Notes: generated by a model from the letters alone, not told the origin. Shown: positions 20,994-31,947, counted from the first letter of the stretch. The stretch: 64,000 bases of DNA from Rickettsiales bacterium (ex Bugula neritina AB1) (GCA_001730065.1 MDLE01000006.1:74938-138937), one strand, 5' to 3'. Program-made: numbers and translations.

Positions 20994-22430
20994 TTAGTAT
21001 ATATATATTTTTTTATAAGTTAATAAATATTTTAAATAAATGTAATGAATTATTTCCTGTAAAATACCTGCAAAAATTAAAAACAAATGTATAGACATAC
21101 TCATATTACTAGTAATAAAAAACATAAATATAAAACTAATATACATATTCATATTATCTACAACACGATACTGATATCTTGTTCCTAAATAAGTTAATAA
21201 TATACGAAAAAAAAGAATTTTTATAAAATTTTTTGATAATAAACTAGGAATTATAGATATATCTTGTATCCATAAAAATTTATACTTATAAAAAAATATA
21301 AAAGAATTAATAGCTTTATTAGTAAAGTATATCATTACAAAAGTTATCATATAATCAAATGAAAAATAATTTTTATTTACATTATATTTTCTATAATAAT
21401 TTTCTAAAGCACTAAAATCATAAGTGTTAGCAATCATATCTTTTTCTTCTAAATGATGATATATTTTGTAATACTCTTCTGTACTTTTAATAATAAACCA
21501 TATTTTAATTAAAATCATAATTAAAGCTAATAAAAATAACGATATAACAGGATTAATATTTTTGTTGTACATAAAATAAAGAAAATTAGATAAAGTTTTA
21601 CTTATAAATTTAAAAAACAAACCATAATTAATTATTTCTTGAAAATTATATTTACTAAGAAGTATAGGAATTTTTTCTATTAATATTATTCTATAACTAA
21701 CATCATTCAACTTATTACTATCCGATAAAAAAAATAATTGTTTATCTTTGTTTTTATTGTTTTTATAAAAAAATTTTCCTTCTATATTCTCAATGTTATT
21801 ATTATATTCACAAAATAGTCCTAAAAAATTATTTGAAATACCCATCCAATTTACATGATCAAGTGAAGGAGTAATTTTGTGATTGTTGATTTGACTAGTA
21901 GGTGTATTAAATAATTTATTATTAGCAAAAACAAATAAGTTATTATCTACATTATCTTTATTAACGGATATAACTGTAAAATATTGACCAGGAATTGAAC
22001 AGTTTGTATATTCTCTTATTAAAACTTCATTAGATTTTAATGTAATAATTTTATAAAATCTATTTTTTCCTATATCCGTAAAAATAGTAATAGAGTTATT
22101 ATTATAAGATTCAATTTTCCATTGCGTAAAACGATTAGGTACTAAATCAATATTATTATTTATCCATCCTGATTCAAAACATTCATTATCTTCAAAAGAA
22201 GTTAAAATTTTTTCCTCATAAGTTTTTAAATTAAAGTTATCTATAAAGCCACCTTTTAGGTGTAATAAAATACTTATTTTATCATTTTTAATAAATACTG
22301 TATTATTGTTATTTTCTAACTTAAAATGATTTTCTACTTTTTCATTATTATTAAAATAATTTAAAGTAAAAGGTATAATAAATAAAATTGGTAAAACAAA
22401 TTTTACAATATAAGATTGTAGTTTTTTCAT
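20994..22430 (-). CDS. yidC: membrane protein insertase YidC
   Basis: N-terminal TM, a roughly 250-aa periplasmic domain (GWINNNIDL..., NWMGISNNFLGLF resembles the YidC W.g..d.YF block), then five C-terminal TM segments. Confidence 0.65.
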   Translation of the reverse strand: MKKLQSYIVKFVLPILFIIPFTLNYFNNNEKVENHFKLENNNNTVFIKNDKISILLHLKGGFIDNFNLKTYEEKILTSFEDNECFESGWINNNIDLVPNRFTQWKIESYNNNSITIFTDIGKNRFYKIITLKSNEVLIREYTNCSIPGQYFTVISVNKDNVDNNLFVFANNKLFNTPTSQINNHKITPSLDHVNWMGISNNFLGLFCEYNNNIENIEGKFFYKNNKNKDKQLFFLSDSNKLNDVSYRIILIEKIPILLSKYNFQEIINYGLFFKFISKTLSNFLYFMYNKNINPVISLFLLALIMILIKIWFIIKSTEEYYKIYHHLEEKDMIANTYDFSALENYYRKYNVNKNYFSFDYMITFVMIYFTNKAINSFIFFYKYKFLWIQDISIIPSLLSKNFIKILFFRILLTYLGTRYQYRVVDNMNMYISFIFMFFITSNMSMSIHLFLIFAGILQEIIHYIYLKYLLTYKKIYIY

Positions 22431-22814
22431 ATAAATGAATTATAAAATATTTCCTAAAAAAATGCAATTTTTTCATATCTTTTTAAAAAAAATAAACATT
22501 TTATATAAATTTCTAAAAAATATATTGCAATAAAAATTTAATTTTGATAAAATAAAAAATGAGAAGTGAAGATTCTCAGGGGGTTTTAATTTTATTTAAA
22601 TAATAAGAATAAAAAACCTTTACATTATTTGTTTAAGAAAAATAATAAGAAATATAATAATAAGAATCAAAAACAAATAGTGTTTGTTTATTTTATAAAT
22701 TTTAAATTATTCTATTAAAATGTATAGTATTTTATTTTTAATAACAAAATTTTTATAATAATTCTTTTAAGTATTCTTTAAAATCAAATTTATTTATAAT
22801 ACAATTCATTTAGA

Positions 22815-23699
22815 ATGATTAAAAATCTATATAATATGATTATTAAATATATAATAAACGTATATAAAAATCCATTAGAAGTAAGGACAAAAAGAAATAA
22901 AATTCAAAAAACTTATGGTTATTTTGAAGAATTAATTCGTAGCATTGTATTACCATATGAATCTCAAAAAGCACTTATTGAAACATTAAAAGAAATGTTA
23001 TTACTTTGGATACCTATATTAACATTGTTAGTAATGTCAATGACAGTTATATCTGGTTCGATGTCTCCTACACTAGTAAAAGGTGATTTCCTTGTTTCTT
23101 CTAGTGCCTATTATGGAGGGTCTCTATCTTCTATTCCTTTTAATAAATATTTTTTTACTAATTATCGTATTTTTAAATTTTCAGAAATAAAAAGAGGTAA
23201 TGTCGTAGCCTTTAAAAATGAGATAGACATGAATAAAATATTCGTTAAAAGAGTTATCGGGATTCCTGGTGATTCTATTCAATTAAAAAATGGTCATTTA
23301 TATATCAATAAAATACCCGTTGAATTAAAAAGAAAAGAAAACTGTTTTTATGAGGAAGATGGAAAAGATTTTGGTCCTTATGATACATATGAGGAACTAT
23401 TACCGGGGGAAAAAGCACCACACACAATTATCTTCCAAGAAGGAAAGGGTATGGGATTTTTTGATGATACAGAAGAATTTATAATCCCTAAAGATTGTTA
23501 TTTTGTAATGGGTGATAATCGTCATGATTCAGCGGATTCTAGAAGTTTAATGGGGTTTGTGAAAAAAAAACATATTATTGGTCGTATTATGTGTATTATA
23601 TTAAATCATCAACATGGATTACTAGGTTCTTTATTTGGTAATCCTATTTTATGGTTAAAAGGTTTTAACTTTAAACGTTTATTTATAAAAATTAAATGA
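22815..23699 (+). CDS. lepB: signal peptidase I
   Basis: GSMSPTL (catalytic Ser box), VKRVIGIPGD (Lys box) and GDNRHDSADSR box. Confidence 0.9.
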   Translation: MIKNLYNMIIKYIINVYKNPLEVRTKRNKIQKTYGYFEELIRSIVLPYESQKALIETLKEMLLLWIPILTLLVMSMTVISGSMSPTLVKGDFLVSSSAYYGGSLSSIPFNKYFFTNYRIFKFSEIKRGNVVAFKNEIDMNKIFVKRVIGIPGDSIQLKNGHLYINKIPVELKRKENCFYEEDGKDFGPYDTYEELLPGEKAPHTIIFQEGKGMGFFDDTEEFIIPKDCYFVMGDNRHDSADSRSLMGFVKKKHIIGRIMCIILNHQHGLLGSLFGNPILWLKGFNFKRLFIKIK

Positions 23700-24307
23700 T
23701 TTCTATTTTAAATTATAAATTTCAAAATCCAACATTTTTAAAAGAAGCTTTATTACATCCTAGTAAAAAAAAAAATATTAATTTTCAAAGAATGGAATTT
23801 CTTGGTGATAAAATTTTATCTTTTGAATTATCCACAACTTTATTTAAAAAATATCCAAATTTTACGGAAGGTGACTTATCTAATATGTTATCAGATTTAG
23901 CTTCTGCAGCTACTATTAATGAATTAGTCAATACTTATATAAAAAAATATATACAATACACAGGTGATATTAATGAAAAAATTATTGTTGATACATTCGA
24001 GGCTATAATCGGTGCTATTTATTTAGATGGTGGTGATTATAAAAAAATTATAAAAAAATTATGGATAAAAAAATTTTTTTTTATAGAAAATTCTAAAAAA
24101 AATGTTAAAAATCTTCTTCAAGAAATTGCTCAAAAAAAAAAATACAATCTTACGTATGAATATGAAAAGATAAATAATCTTTTTTATACAACCGTAAAAA
24201 TGAATAATCATATAGCTAAAGGATTTGGAATTTCAAAAAAAATATCCAGTAGAGAAGCCGCAAAAAAATTATTAGAAGAGATTGCTATAGAAATAACGCA
24301 TTATTAA
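23696..24307 (+). CDS. rnc: ribonuclease III
   Basis: RMEFLGDKIL signature, FEAIIGAIYLDGG, C-terminal dsRBD. Forms a 4-nt ATGA overlap with lepB, the classic lepB-rnc arrangement. Confidence 0.9.
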   Translation: MISILNYKFQNPTFLKEALLHPSKKKNINFQRMEFLGDKILSFELSTTLFKKYPNFTEGDLSNMLSDLASAATINELVNTYIKKYIQYTGDINEKIIVDTFEAIIGAIYLDGGDYKKIIKKLWIKKFFFIENSKKNVKNLLQEIAQKKKYNLTYEYEKINNLFYTTVKMNNHIAKGFGISKKISSREAAKKLLEEIAIEITHY

Positions 24308-24414
24308 ATCAACTTGATTTATAAAATATTTAATGATAGAATTGACATCAGTACCCTATGGAAATATCGATATTTCTGTATTTTATTAACAAAAATTTAA
24401 AAGGAGGGTTGTTA

Positions 24415-25680
24415 ATGATAAAAAATAAAAAAAAAATAGATTTTGTAATAGTTTTTAGTTTTGTTGTAATGTTTTTATATACTACATATTATTTATTTAC
24501 AAGATCTTTTACACCTGTTTTACAGGATTATATAATGGAAGATATGCGATTAACAGCATTTGAGTGGTCCAGTTTAACATCTGCATTTTCTGCTGCTTAT
24601 GGTATTTTTCAAATTATTGGTGGTTACACAATGGATAAAATAGGTTTAAATATTCTATGCCCATTACTACTTACAATAGGATCTTTATTGAACTATTATT
24701 TTGCTATATCTACAAATTTAAATTTAAGTATATATTTACGTTATGGACTTGGTGCTACATTTTCTGTAGCAAGTACAGCACTATTGAAGTATTTAAGTAT
24801 AGTAGTACCTAGTCATTTATTTTCTAAATTTGTGTATGGGATTTATGCATTAGTTAATTTTATATGTATGATGACAAATACAATAACTTTTAAAAATATG
24901 ATTGGTACATTAGGTTGGAGAAAATTTTATTTAATCTATACAATTATAGGTGGTATAATATCTCTTCTTTTATTAATATCTTTAAATATGTTTTACAAAC
25001 AAAATATTAATAATCGTGAATCTGAAAATAAAAAAGATGAAAATGTATGTTTAATAGAGGGTTTAAAATATTTATTAAAAAGTAAAAATTATCTTATCAG
25101 TTGTTTATTTAGTGTATTCATATCAAATATTTTTTATGTTGCTTCCGATGGTTGGTTGAATAAATTAGTGGATGGTTTAATGCCAAATTTATTAGAAAAT
25201 CAAAAATCATTTGCATGTGTAGGTTTATATGCGGGTGCAACTGCCGCTAATTTTATTGGTATTGCTATTAGTTTTTGGTTACTAAGATATCAAATGTTAA
25301 GTTATGTAGTTCTCTTAACAGCAGGTTTAAGTTTTATTTTATACTCAGGATCTACATCTATTTTAATGATGATGATTGCTTGTGTATTAATAGGTCTTAC
25401 TTCCTCTGCACAAACTGTTTCTTTTGATTATACGGAAAGATCTATACCTAATAAATATTTAGGTTTAGGCTTTGGTGTTTTAAATTGTTGTGTTATGTAC
25501 TTAGGATGTGGATTACCACAAAAATTAGCAGGTTTATATTTAGACATAATAAAAGGCACTTCTAGTGTATATCTAACTATTCACTATGTAAAATTATTTC
25601 GTTTAGGTTATTTAACTATTATTTTGTCATTAATATTTTGTTTAATTTTTACAGGTGACAAAGAAAAATATTCTAAGTAG
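24415..25680 (+). CDS. MFS-type transporter
   Basis: About 12 predicted hydrophobic segments. Start moved to ATG 24415, which sits 6 nt after a strong SD AAGGAGGG (24401-24408). The ORF-track start at 24358 has none. Confidence 0.7.
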   Translation: MIKNKKKIDFVIVFSFVVMFLYTTYYLFTRSFTPVLQDYIMEDMRLTAFEWSSLTSAFSAAYGIFQIIGGYTMDKIGLNILCPLLLTIGSLLNYYFAISTNLNLSIYLRYGLGATFSVASTALLKYLSIVVPSHLFSKFVYGIYALVNFICMMTNTITFKNMIGTLGWRKFYLIYTIIGGIISLLLLISLNMFYKQNINNRESENKKDENVCLIEGLKYLLKSKNYLISCLFSVFISNIFYVASDGWLNKLVDGLMPNLLENQKSFACVGLYAGATAANFIGIAISFWLLRYQMLSYVVLLTAGLSFILYSGSTSILMMMIACVLIGLTSSAQTVSFDYTERSIPNKYLGLGFGVLNCCVMYLGCGLPQKLAGLYLDIIKGTSSVYLTIHYVKLFRLGYLTIILSLIFCLIFTGDKEKYSK

Positions 25681-25681
25681 T

Positions 25682-27553
25682 TTAAAAAAAATCTTGAGGA
25701 TTAATATCAATTTTGATATTATAAAACTTTTCTTTTATTAGCATAAAATGTTTGTATGGTATTTTTTTAGTATTAATTAAAATAAAAAAACGGTATTTAT
25801 CTTTAATTTTACTAATTTGATTATTTGTAGGTGGAAATACTTTCATATCTAAAGAAAACTTGATAATTTCTTCATATACATTTTTAATAAAATTACTTGC
25901 TTTAATAGGATTTTTATCTTCATGAGTAATTAAAATTAAATTAGAAAAAGGTGGTAAATTATTTTTTTTTCTATTATTTAAAATTTTTTCTAAAAAATAC
26001 AAATAACGGGATTCTTCAATTTTTGTTTTAAAATCATTATCTATTTGTATCATTACTTTTCCTTTTATACTTCCTCTACCACAACGACCAGAAACTTGAA
26101 TAATTGTTTGTAGAAGTTTCTCTAAACTTCCTGGATCAAAACCTAAAAAATTATTATTTAAAATTGCTACTAAACCAATATTTAAAAAATTATGACCTTT
26201 TGCCACTAATTGTGTACCAATAATAATTGAGTATTTATTATTCTCTACATCTTGAATAAACTCTTTAATTTTTTTACTGCTATTACAAAAATCACTAGAA
26301 AAAATTCCTACATTTTCATTTGGAAAAATTTTTTTTATATATTCACTAACACGTTCTACACCATATCCATATACAATAATTCCACCATTTTTTTTACAAC
26401 TTAAGCAATTATTTATATACTCCTTACCACATAAGTGACATATTAGTTTGCATTTTAAGCGATGAAAAATTAAATTACTATCACAATGTAAACATTTTTG
26501 TAAATGTTTACATATAAAACACATAGAAATAGTTCCAAAACCTCTTTTATTAAGAAAAATTAATACTTGTTGTTTTTTACTAAGAGTAATTTTGATATTT
26601 TGTAAAATCTTTTCATGAAAAATAATATTATTTTTATTTTTATGACTTATCATATCAATTTCTGGTAATGAACGAGATAAAAATCTTTCCGTTAAAGAAA
26701 GTAATTTATAGTTATCATTTTGACACTCATAAAAACTACTACTAGAAGGCGTAGCAGATCCCATTACCACAGGTATATTAAAAATACTTCCTAATAACTT
26801 ACTCATTTCACGGCCATCATATCCGCCAACTTCTTTATAAGAACTATCATGTTCTTCATCAATGATTATAATACCTAATTTTTTAAAAGGTAAAAAAACA
26901 CTTGATCTTGCTCCTATTACTAATACTGCCTCACCATCATGTACTCTTTGCCATCCACTAGAGGTTTTTACACCTGAAAACCATCTTATAGGTAAAATAC
27001 CTATTTTTTCTAATTTTATTTCTAAACTACTTATAATACCAATTTCTGGCATCATAAATAATACTTGTTTATTTGATTTTAAGTTATCTTCTATAAGTTT
27101 TAAATAAATTTCGGTTTTTCCAGCACCAGTAAGACCAAAAAGTAAAATTTTTTTATGAGTATTATAATAATTTTTTATACTTTCATAAACATTTTTTTGA
27201 GATAAAGTTAATTCATTTAATAAAATAAAATTATTATTTATACTTTTAAGTTTTAAGGGTTTTTTAGGAATTTTATACAATAAATACTTTAAAGATACAC
27301 CAATTTTTATAATATTTAAATAATGAAATTGTTGAATGAAATTTAAATTATTAGAAAATAATTTAAATTTTGTAATAGAAATAATTTCTTTTCTAATATA
27401 TTCTACATTAGTATTATTATCAATAATATCTATTATTAATCCAAAATATATTTTATTTTTTACAGGCACTTTAACTATAGAAAGTTTTTCTATTAAATTA
27501 GAAGAAACATATTCATATATATTATGGTTTTCTACCAAAATCTTATATATCAT
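25682..27553 (-). CDS. priA: primosomal replication restart helicase PriA
   Basis: GLTGAGKTEIY Walker A, IIIDEEHD, Cys-rich zinc region CFICKHLQKCLHCDSNL...CHLCG, GTQLVAKGHNF and SGRCGR motifs. Confidence 0.9.
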   Translation of the reverse strand: MIYKILVENHNIYEYVSSNLIEKLSIVKVPVKNKIYFGLIIDIIDNNTNVEYIRKEIISITKFKLFSNNLNFIQQFHYLNIIKIGVSLKYLLYKIPKKPLKLKSINNNFILLNELTLSQKNVYESIKNYYNTHKKILLFGLTGAGKTEIYLKLIEDNLKSNKQVLFMMPEIGIISSLEIKLEKIGILPIRWFSGVKTSSGWQRVHDGEAVLVIGARSSVFLPFKKLGIIIIDEEHDSSYKEVGGYDGREMSKLLGSIFNIPVVMGSATPSSSSFYECQNDNYKLLSLTERFLSRSLPEIDMISHKNKNNIIFHEKILQNIKITLSKKQQVLIFLNKRGFGTISMCFICKHLQKCLHCDSNLIFHRLKCKLICHLCGKEYINNCLSCKKNGGIIVYGYGVERVSEYIKKIFPNENVGIFSSDFCNSSKKIKEFIQDVENNKYSIIIGTQLVAKGHNFLNIGLVAILNNNFLGFDPGSLEKLLQTIIQVSGRCGRGSIKGKVMIQIDNDFKTKIEESRYLYFLEKILNNRKKNNLPPFSNLILITHEDKNPIKASNFIKNVYEEIIKFSLDMKVFPPTNNQISKIKDKYRFFILINTKKIPYKHFMLIKEKFYNIKIDINPQDFF

Positions 27554-27582
27554 ATTTTTATTATTATTTAATAATATTTAAG

Positions 27583-29458
27583 TTATTTAATAGCTTTAGA
27601 AACTCTTCCTACTAATTGAAGATATTCTTCAATTAGACCTTCTAAAACTTTAGCCTTTTTCTGAAGACGAGCATTTTGTATTTTTAATTCTTTATCATTA
27701 GATGAATTACTATTTTTTAAGTTTTCTATTTCTTTTTTAAGATGATCATTTTCTGTTTTTAATTCTTTATCTACATTTTTATTAGATGAATTACTATTTT
27801 TTAAGTTTTCTATTTCTTTTTTAAGATGATCATTTATTAGATGAATTACTATTTTTTAAGTTTTCTATTTCTTTTTTAAGATGATCATTTTGTATTTTTA
27901 ATTCTTTATCATTAGATGAATTACTATTTTTTAAGTTTTCTATTTCTTTTTTAAGATGATCATTTTCTGTTTTTAATTCTTTATCTACATTTTTATTAGA
28001 TGAATTACTATTTTTTAAGTTTTCTATTTCTTTTGTAAGACGATCATTTTCTATTTTTAAACTTTCATCGAAGTTTTTATTAGATAAATTACTATTTTTT
28101 AAGTTTTCTATTTCTTTTTTAAGATGATCATTTTCTGTTTTTAATTCTTTATCTACATTTTTATTAGATAAATTACTATTTTTTAAGTTTTCTATTTCTT
28201 TTGTAAGACGATCATTTTCTATTTTTAAACTTTCATCGAAGTTTTTATTAGATAAATTACTATTTTTTAAGTTTTCTATTTCTTTTTTAAGATGATCATT
28301 TTCTGTTTTTAATTCTTTATCTACATTTTTATTAGATAAATTACTATTTTTTAAGTTTTCTATTTCTTTTGTAAGACGATCATTTTCTATTTTTAAACTT
28401 TCATCGAAGTTTTTATTAGATAAATTACTATTTTTTAAGTTTTCTATTTCTTTTTTAAGATGATCATTTTCTGTTTTTAATTCTTTATCTACATTTTTAT
28501 TAGATGAATTACTATTTTTTAAGTTTTCTATTTCTTTTTTAAGATGATCATTTTCTGTTTTTAATTCTTTATCTACATTTTTATTAGATGAATTACTATT
28601 TTTTAAGTTTTCTACTTGTTGATTTTTATTTAATATAATATTACTAATATCTGCTGCTGATTTAATACGTTCTTTTTCTCTTATCATAGAATTTATTTGA
28701 TCTTCTCTTTTCATGTTCTTATAGACATTAAAATTATTCATTCTATATTTTTCCATTTCTTGTCGAAATTCTAATTGTTTACGTTGTTCTTCTAATTGAT
28801 GTCGAGCTATATTTTCTTTCATAGTTAGTTCATATTCTCGATCCTGTAATTTTTTAGCTAATTTCATTTCTTTCATTCTTTCTTTATAATAATTCTCTAA
28901 TTCACTTAAGCCTTGTATTTTATTATTATCTTCTTCAGAAAAATCTTCAATTTCTTCCGTATCATATAAATCATTATTATAATAAAATAATTCTTTTTGT
29001 TTTTTCAATTTTTGTTTTTTTTTCTTATTTTCTTCTTCTTGTTTTTTCTTATTTTCTTCTTGTTTTTTATTAGAACGTATTTCATTTAATAAATTCTTTA
29101 AATCATTAGATAATGTTAATATATCATTATTTGGTTTGTTATTTAAATTTTTTATCAATTGAATTAAATTTTCCATACTTTGTCTGTTACTATTATTTAT
29201 TTGATTGAAATTAGAACATAAAGCATTCATTGTATCATTAACATTTTTTAATCCATCATTAACACTATCAAAAGAAACTCTACGAATTGCTTGTTGACCT
29301 TTCTTGTTGTTTTCAACAACATAAAAGTTGCCGTTAATATTTTTGTCTTTTCTATGTGTTTCACACAAACCTACTTTTATTTCTCCAGTAATATTATAAT
29401 GATTGATTATTAAAAACAAAAAAAAAATATTACATTTTGTACTTATATTGTATTTCAT
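27583..29458 (-). pseudogene. secreted coiled-coil tandem-repeat protein, reading frame broken inside the repeat array
   Basis: The 542-aa ORF (29458->27830) has a signal peptide and repeats and ends at a TGA created by a 29-nt gap relative to the neighbouring repeat units (at 27835/27836). The repeat sequence continues in another frame from 27855 down to TAA at 27583-27585 (...NDHLKKEIENLK...AKVLEGLIEEYLQLVGRVSKAIK*). Confidence 0.6.
27670..28615 (-). repeat. array of about 11 tandem 84-bp (28-codon) coding repeats in two alternating variants
   Basis: Variant A is NSN(S/L)SNKNVDKELKTENDHLKKEIENLK and variant B is NSNLSNKNFDESLKIENDRLTKEIENLK. A 168-bp A+B super-unit is repeated three times. 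Confidence 0.9.
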
Positions 29459-29516
29459 AACACTTAATATTATAATGTAAATCTCACAAAAGACAAATAA
29501 ATACTAAATAAAAATT

Positions 29517-30728
29517 TTATTTATCCTTAAAAAATTTTTTTACAAATATTAATTTTGGTAAAATACCATAATATTTAAAATAAAATACTAAATTATTTAA
29601 TAGATATAATTTATAATCTGTGTTTAGTTTAGTTTTAGAATATATATAAAAAATAGGATAATCTCCATTATTTTTTATTTTTATACTTATATTATATGAG
29701 GTACCATTAATAACAGGTTTTTTGATATTTTCATACCACTTATCCAACTGATATTGAGATATTTTTTTATTTATCGACAGAAAAATTTTATTAATTTCTT
29801 TAAAAATAGATTTAGTATCTTTGTTATATAATGTGGAAAAAAAGATGTATGGTATATAATTTTTAATTTTCCAATATTTAAAATCATGATGGTGATTTTC
29901 TTTATTTATTAAATCTTCTTTATTAAATATAATTAATAAACCTTTATTTTCCTTTTCTACTAAACTTATCATCCATTTGTCCCAATGGGTAAAACCAACA
30001 GAAAGATCAACTACTAGCACACATATTGTTGATAAATTAATAATGGTTTTTGTTTTGCGCATACTAATTTTTTCCACATCCGTATTGATATGACTAAAAC
30101 CAGCGGTATCTATAAAATAATAGTCATTTACTATTTCTTTAACGGGATCCCTTGTAGTAGCAGGTGTACTACTAACTTTTGATCTATTTTTTTTGCATAT
30201 TAAATTCATAAGAGAAGATTTACCACTATTAATACGACCAATAATACTTATAATAGGGTATTTATTTTCCAAATTATTAACACCTAAAAAATTTCTTAAT
30301 TCCTTAATTCCTACGTTGTTTTTAGAAGATACATAAAATACAGATAATGCACCAGTTTTTTCCCAATTCTTGTAAGAATAATTTCCCATATCACATTTTG
30401 TAATGACAAGATAAAAGTTAATTTTATGTCTTCTTAGTTCACGAAAATTATTTCTATCATATTCCTGTATATCATTCCAGGGTAATGCGTATAAAACATA
30501 TGTAGCTTTTTTTAAATTATCACTTATTGTGTTTTTATGGGTACCTATATTATCTGTAATTACAAAATTTTCCCCCCAAAAACGCACATAGTCACGAGTT
30601 GTATCTTTAATAGAAGAAGTTTTAACAACCCTATCTGATAAAACAATTGATATTTTTTGACGTAATAAACTATTAAAAAGGGATGACTTACCAACAGCTG
30701 TTCTTCCTATTATTTCTATAAAATTCAT
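29517..30728 (-). CDS. der: ribosome-associated GTPase Der/EngA (two GTPase domains)
   Basis: Two G-domains: GRTAVGKSSLFN...DTTRD...TKCD and GRINSGKSSLMN...TTRDP...DTAG...NKED, followed by a C-terminal KH-like domain. Confidence 0.9.
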   Translation of the reverse strand: MNFIEIIGRTAVGKSSLFNSLLRQKISIVLSDRVVKTSSIKDTTRDYVRFWGENFVITDNIGTHKNTISDNLKKATYVLYALPWNDIQEYDRNNFRELRRHKINFYLVITKCDMGNYSYKNWEKTGALSVFYVSSKNNVGIKELRNFLGVNNLENKYPIISIIGRINSGKSSLMNLICKKNRSKVSSTPATTRDPVKEIVNDYYFIDTAGFSHINTDVEKISMRKTKTIINLSTICVLVVDLSVGFTHWDKWMISLVEKENKGLLIIFNKEDLINKENHHHDFKYWKIKNYIPYIFFSTLYNKDTKSIFKEINKIFLSINKKISQYQLDKWYENIKKPVINGTSYNISIKIKNNGDYPIFYIYSKTKLNTDYKLYLLNNLVFYFKYYGILPKLIFVKKFFKDK

Positions 30729-30796
30729 AATATAATCTTATTATATAAAAAAATTTGTTTTTTTTATAATTTTAATGATAATATTATTCTTAGTTA

Positions 30797-31492
30797 ATGG
30801 CAAATTATAATTTTATTCTTACAAAAGATTTTATTTATACAAGTAACAGTAAAGTATTTGTAGAACATAATTGTATAGAAAATGATGAAAAACAACTTTC
30901 TATAGGTATAATTTTTTTACCTCCTAATCCCGAATGGGAGGGATCAGAAAATAATAAAATTTTTAATGAATTATTTTATACACTAAAAAATGATTTTAGT
31001 ATAATAAAATGTGTATTTCAAAAACACAAAATTGATAATTTTAATAATATGTATAAAAATAATTATAAAAATTATAAAAATTTATTATATGTTCGTGATG
31101 CATCTGTTGTAGTTGATTTTTTTTTTCAAAAATTTCATAATATTCATAAATGTTTTATAGTTGGATATTCATGGGGTTGTCAAATTGCTATGAATATTAT
31201 CATGCGTAGACCTGAACTTACAAGTTTTATTCTCATATCACCTACATTGTCTTTAGCGGATTGTGATTATAGAGGTTTTATTATCTCTAATTTTAAAACA
31301 AACGGTATGATTGTATATGGAAAAAATGATTCTTTATCTTCTAAAAATTATATAGATTCTTATAAACAATTTTTAAATAGTAAAAAAATAAATGTAAATA
31401 TAGAATCTATTGATACAAATCATTATTATAACACTAATAATGCTATTGATGATTTAAGAAAAGTAATACTTAACTTTATAAACAATAATTAA
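30797..31492 (+). CDS. alpha/beta-hydrolase fold protein
   Basis: GYSWGCQIA nucleophile elbow (GxSxG) with the expected spacing. C-terminal H in ...DTNHYY. Confidence 0.55.
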   Translation: MANYNFILTKDFIYTSNSKVFVEHNCIENDEKQLSIGIIFLPPNPEWEGSENNKIFNELFYTLKNDFSIIKCVFQKHKIDNFNNMYKNNYKNYKNLLYVRDASVVVDFFFQKFHNIHKCFIVGYSWGCQIAMNIIMRRPELTSFILISPTLSLADCDYRGFIISNFKTNGMIVYGKNDSLSSKNYIDSYKQFLNSKKINVNIESIDTNHYYNTNNAIDDLRKVILNFINNN

Positions 31493-31947
31493 ATTTTTGT
31501 AGTCAATATAAATTTATTCATAAGATATTCTTCTTCTAACTCCATAATTAATGCCTCTTCATTTACTATGTGATCATACCCTAAAAGATGTAAAATACCA
31601 TGTATTAATAAGTATAAAGTGTGAGTTTGAAAATCTCTCTTCCATATATTTAATTCTTCAGTAATTTTTCCATAAGAAAGAATTACTTCTCCTAAAATTT
31701 CCTTATCTATAGGAAAAGATAAAACATTTGTATCATAATTTTTTTTTCTATAAATATTATTCATATTTTGCATATAATTACTATTTGTTAATAAAATAGA
31801 TAAAGTAGTTTGTTGATACTTTTTAGTTAATACAAAATTTGCTAATTTTTTTATGACTTTTATATACTTTATCCATTGCTTATTATGATGTAAAATTAAA
31901 ATATTATTTTTTTTCATTTTTTTATTTTTCATATTGATGTGACTCAA
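31489..31947 (-). CDS. ybeY: endoribonuclease YbeY (16S rRNA maturation)
   Basis: HGILHLLGYDH zinc motif and NVLSFP motif. Confidence 0.9.
   Translation of the reverse strand: MSHINMKNKKMKKNNILILHHNKQWIKYIKVIKKLANFVLTKKYQQTTLSILLTNSNYMQNMNNIYRKKNYDTNVLSFPIDKEILGEVILSYGKITEELNIWKRDFQTHTLYLLIHGILHLLGYDHIVNEEALIMELEEEYLMNKFILTTKI

Noticed and set aside
22431-22814. SRP (4.5S) RNA, tmRNA or rpmH-rnpA genes upstream of yidC
   Set aside because: None of the expected signatures is present on either strand. There is no GGAAGCAGC-type SRP domain IV core, no tRNA-Ala-like tmRNA ends and no Arg/Lys-rich L34-like ORF. The spacer is kept only as a low-interest finding.
24358-24414. Upstream start for the MFS transporter
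   Set aside because: A strong SD (AAGGAGGG) lies inside this extension, 6 nt before ATG 24415, and the extension adds no hydrophobic or conserved sequence.
26862-27581. Plus-strand ORFs 26862..27107 and 27336..27581
   Set aside because: They are antisense within priA, whose helicase and zinc-finger motifs validate the minus-strand frame.
27670-28615. Regular 84-bp repeats as a possible CRISPR array
   Set aside because: The units are contiguous with no unique spacers, lie in one long open reading frame encoding heptad-like peptide repeats, and no cas genes are present.
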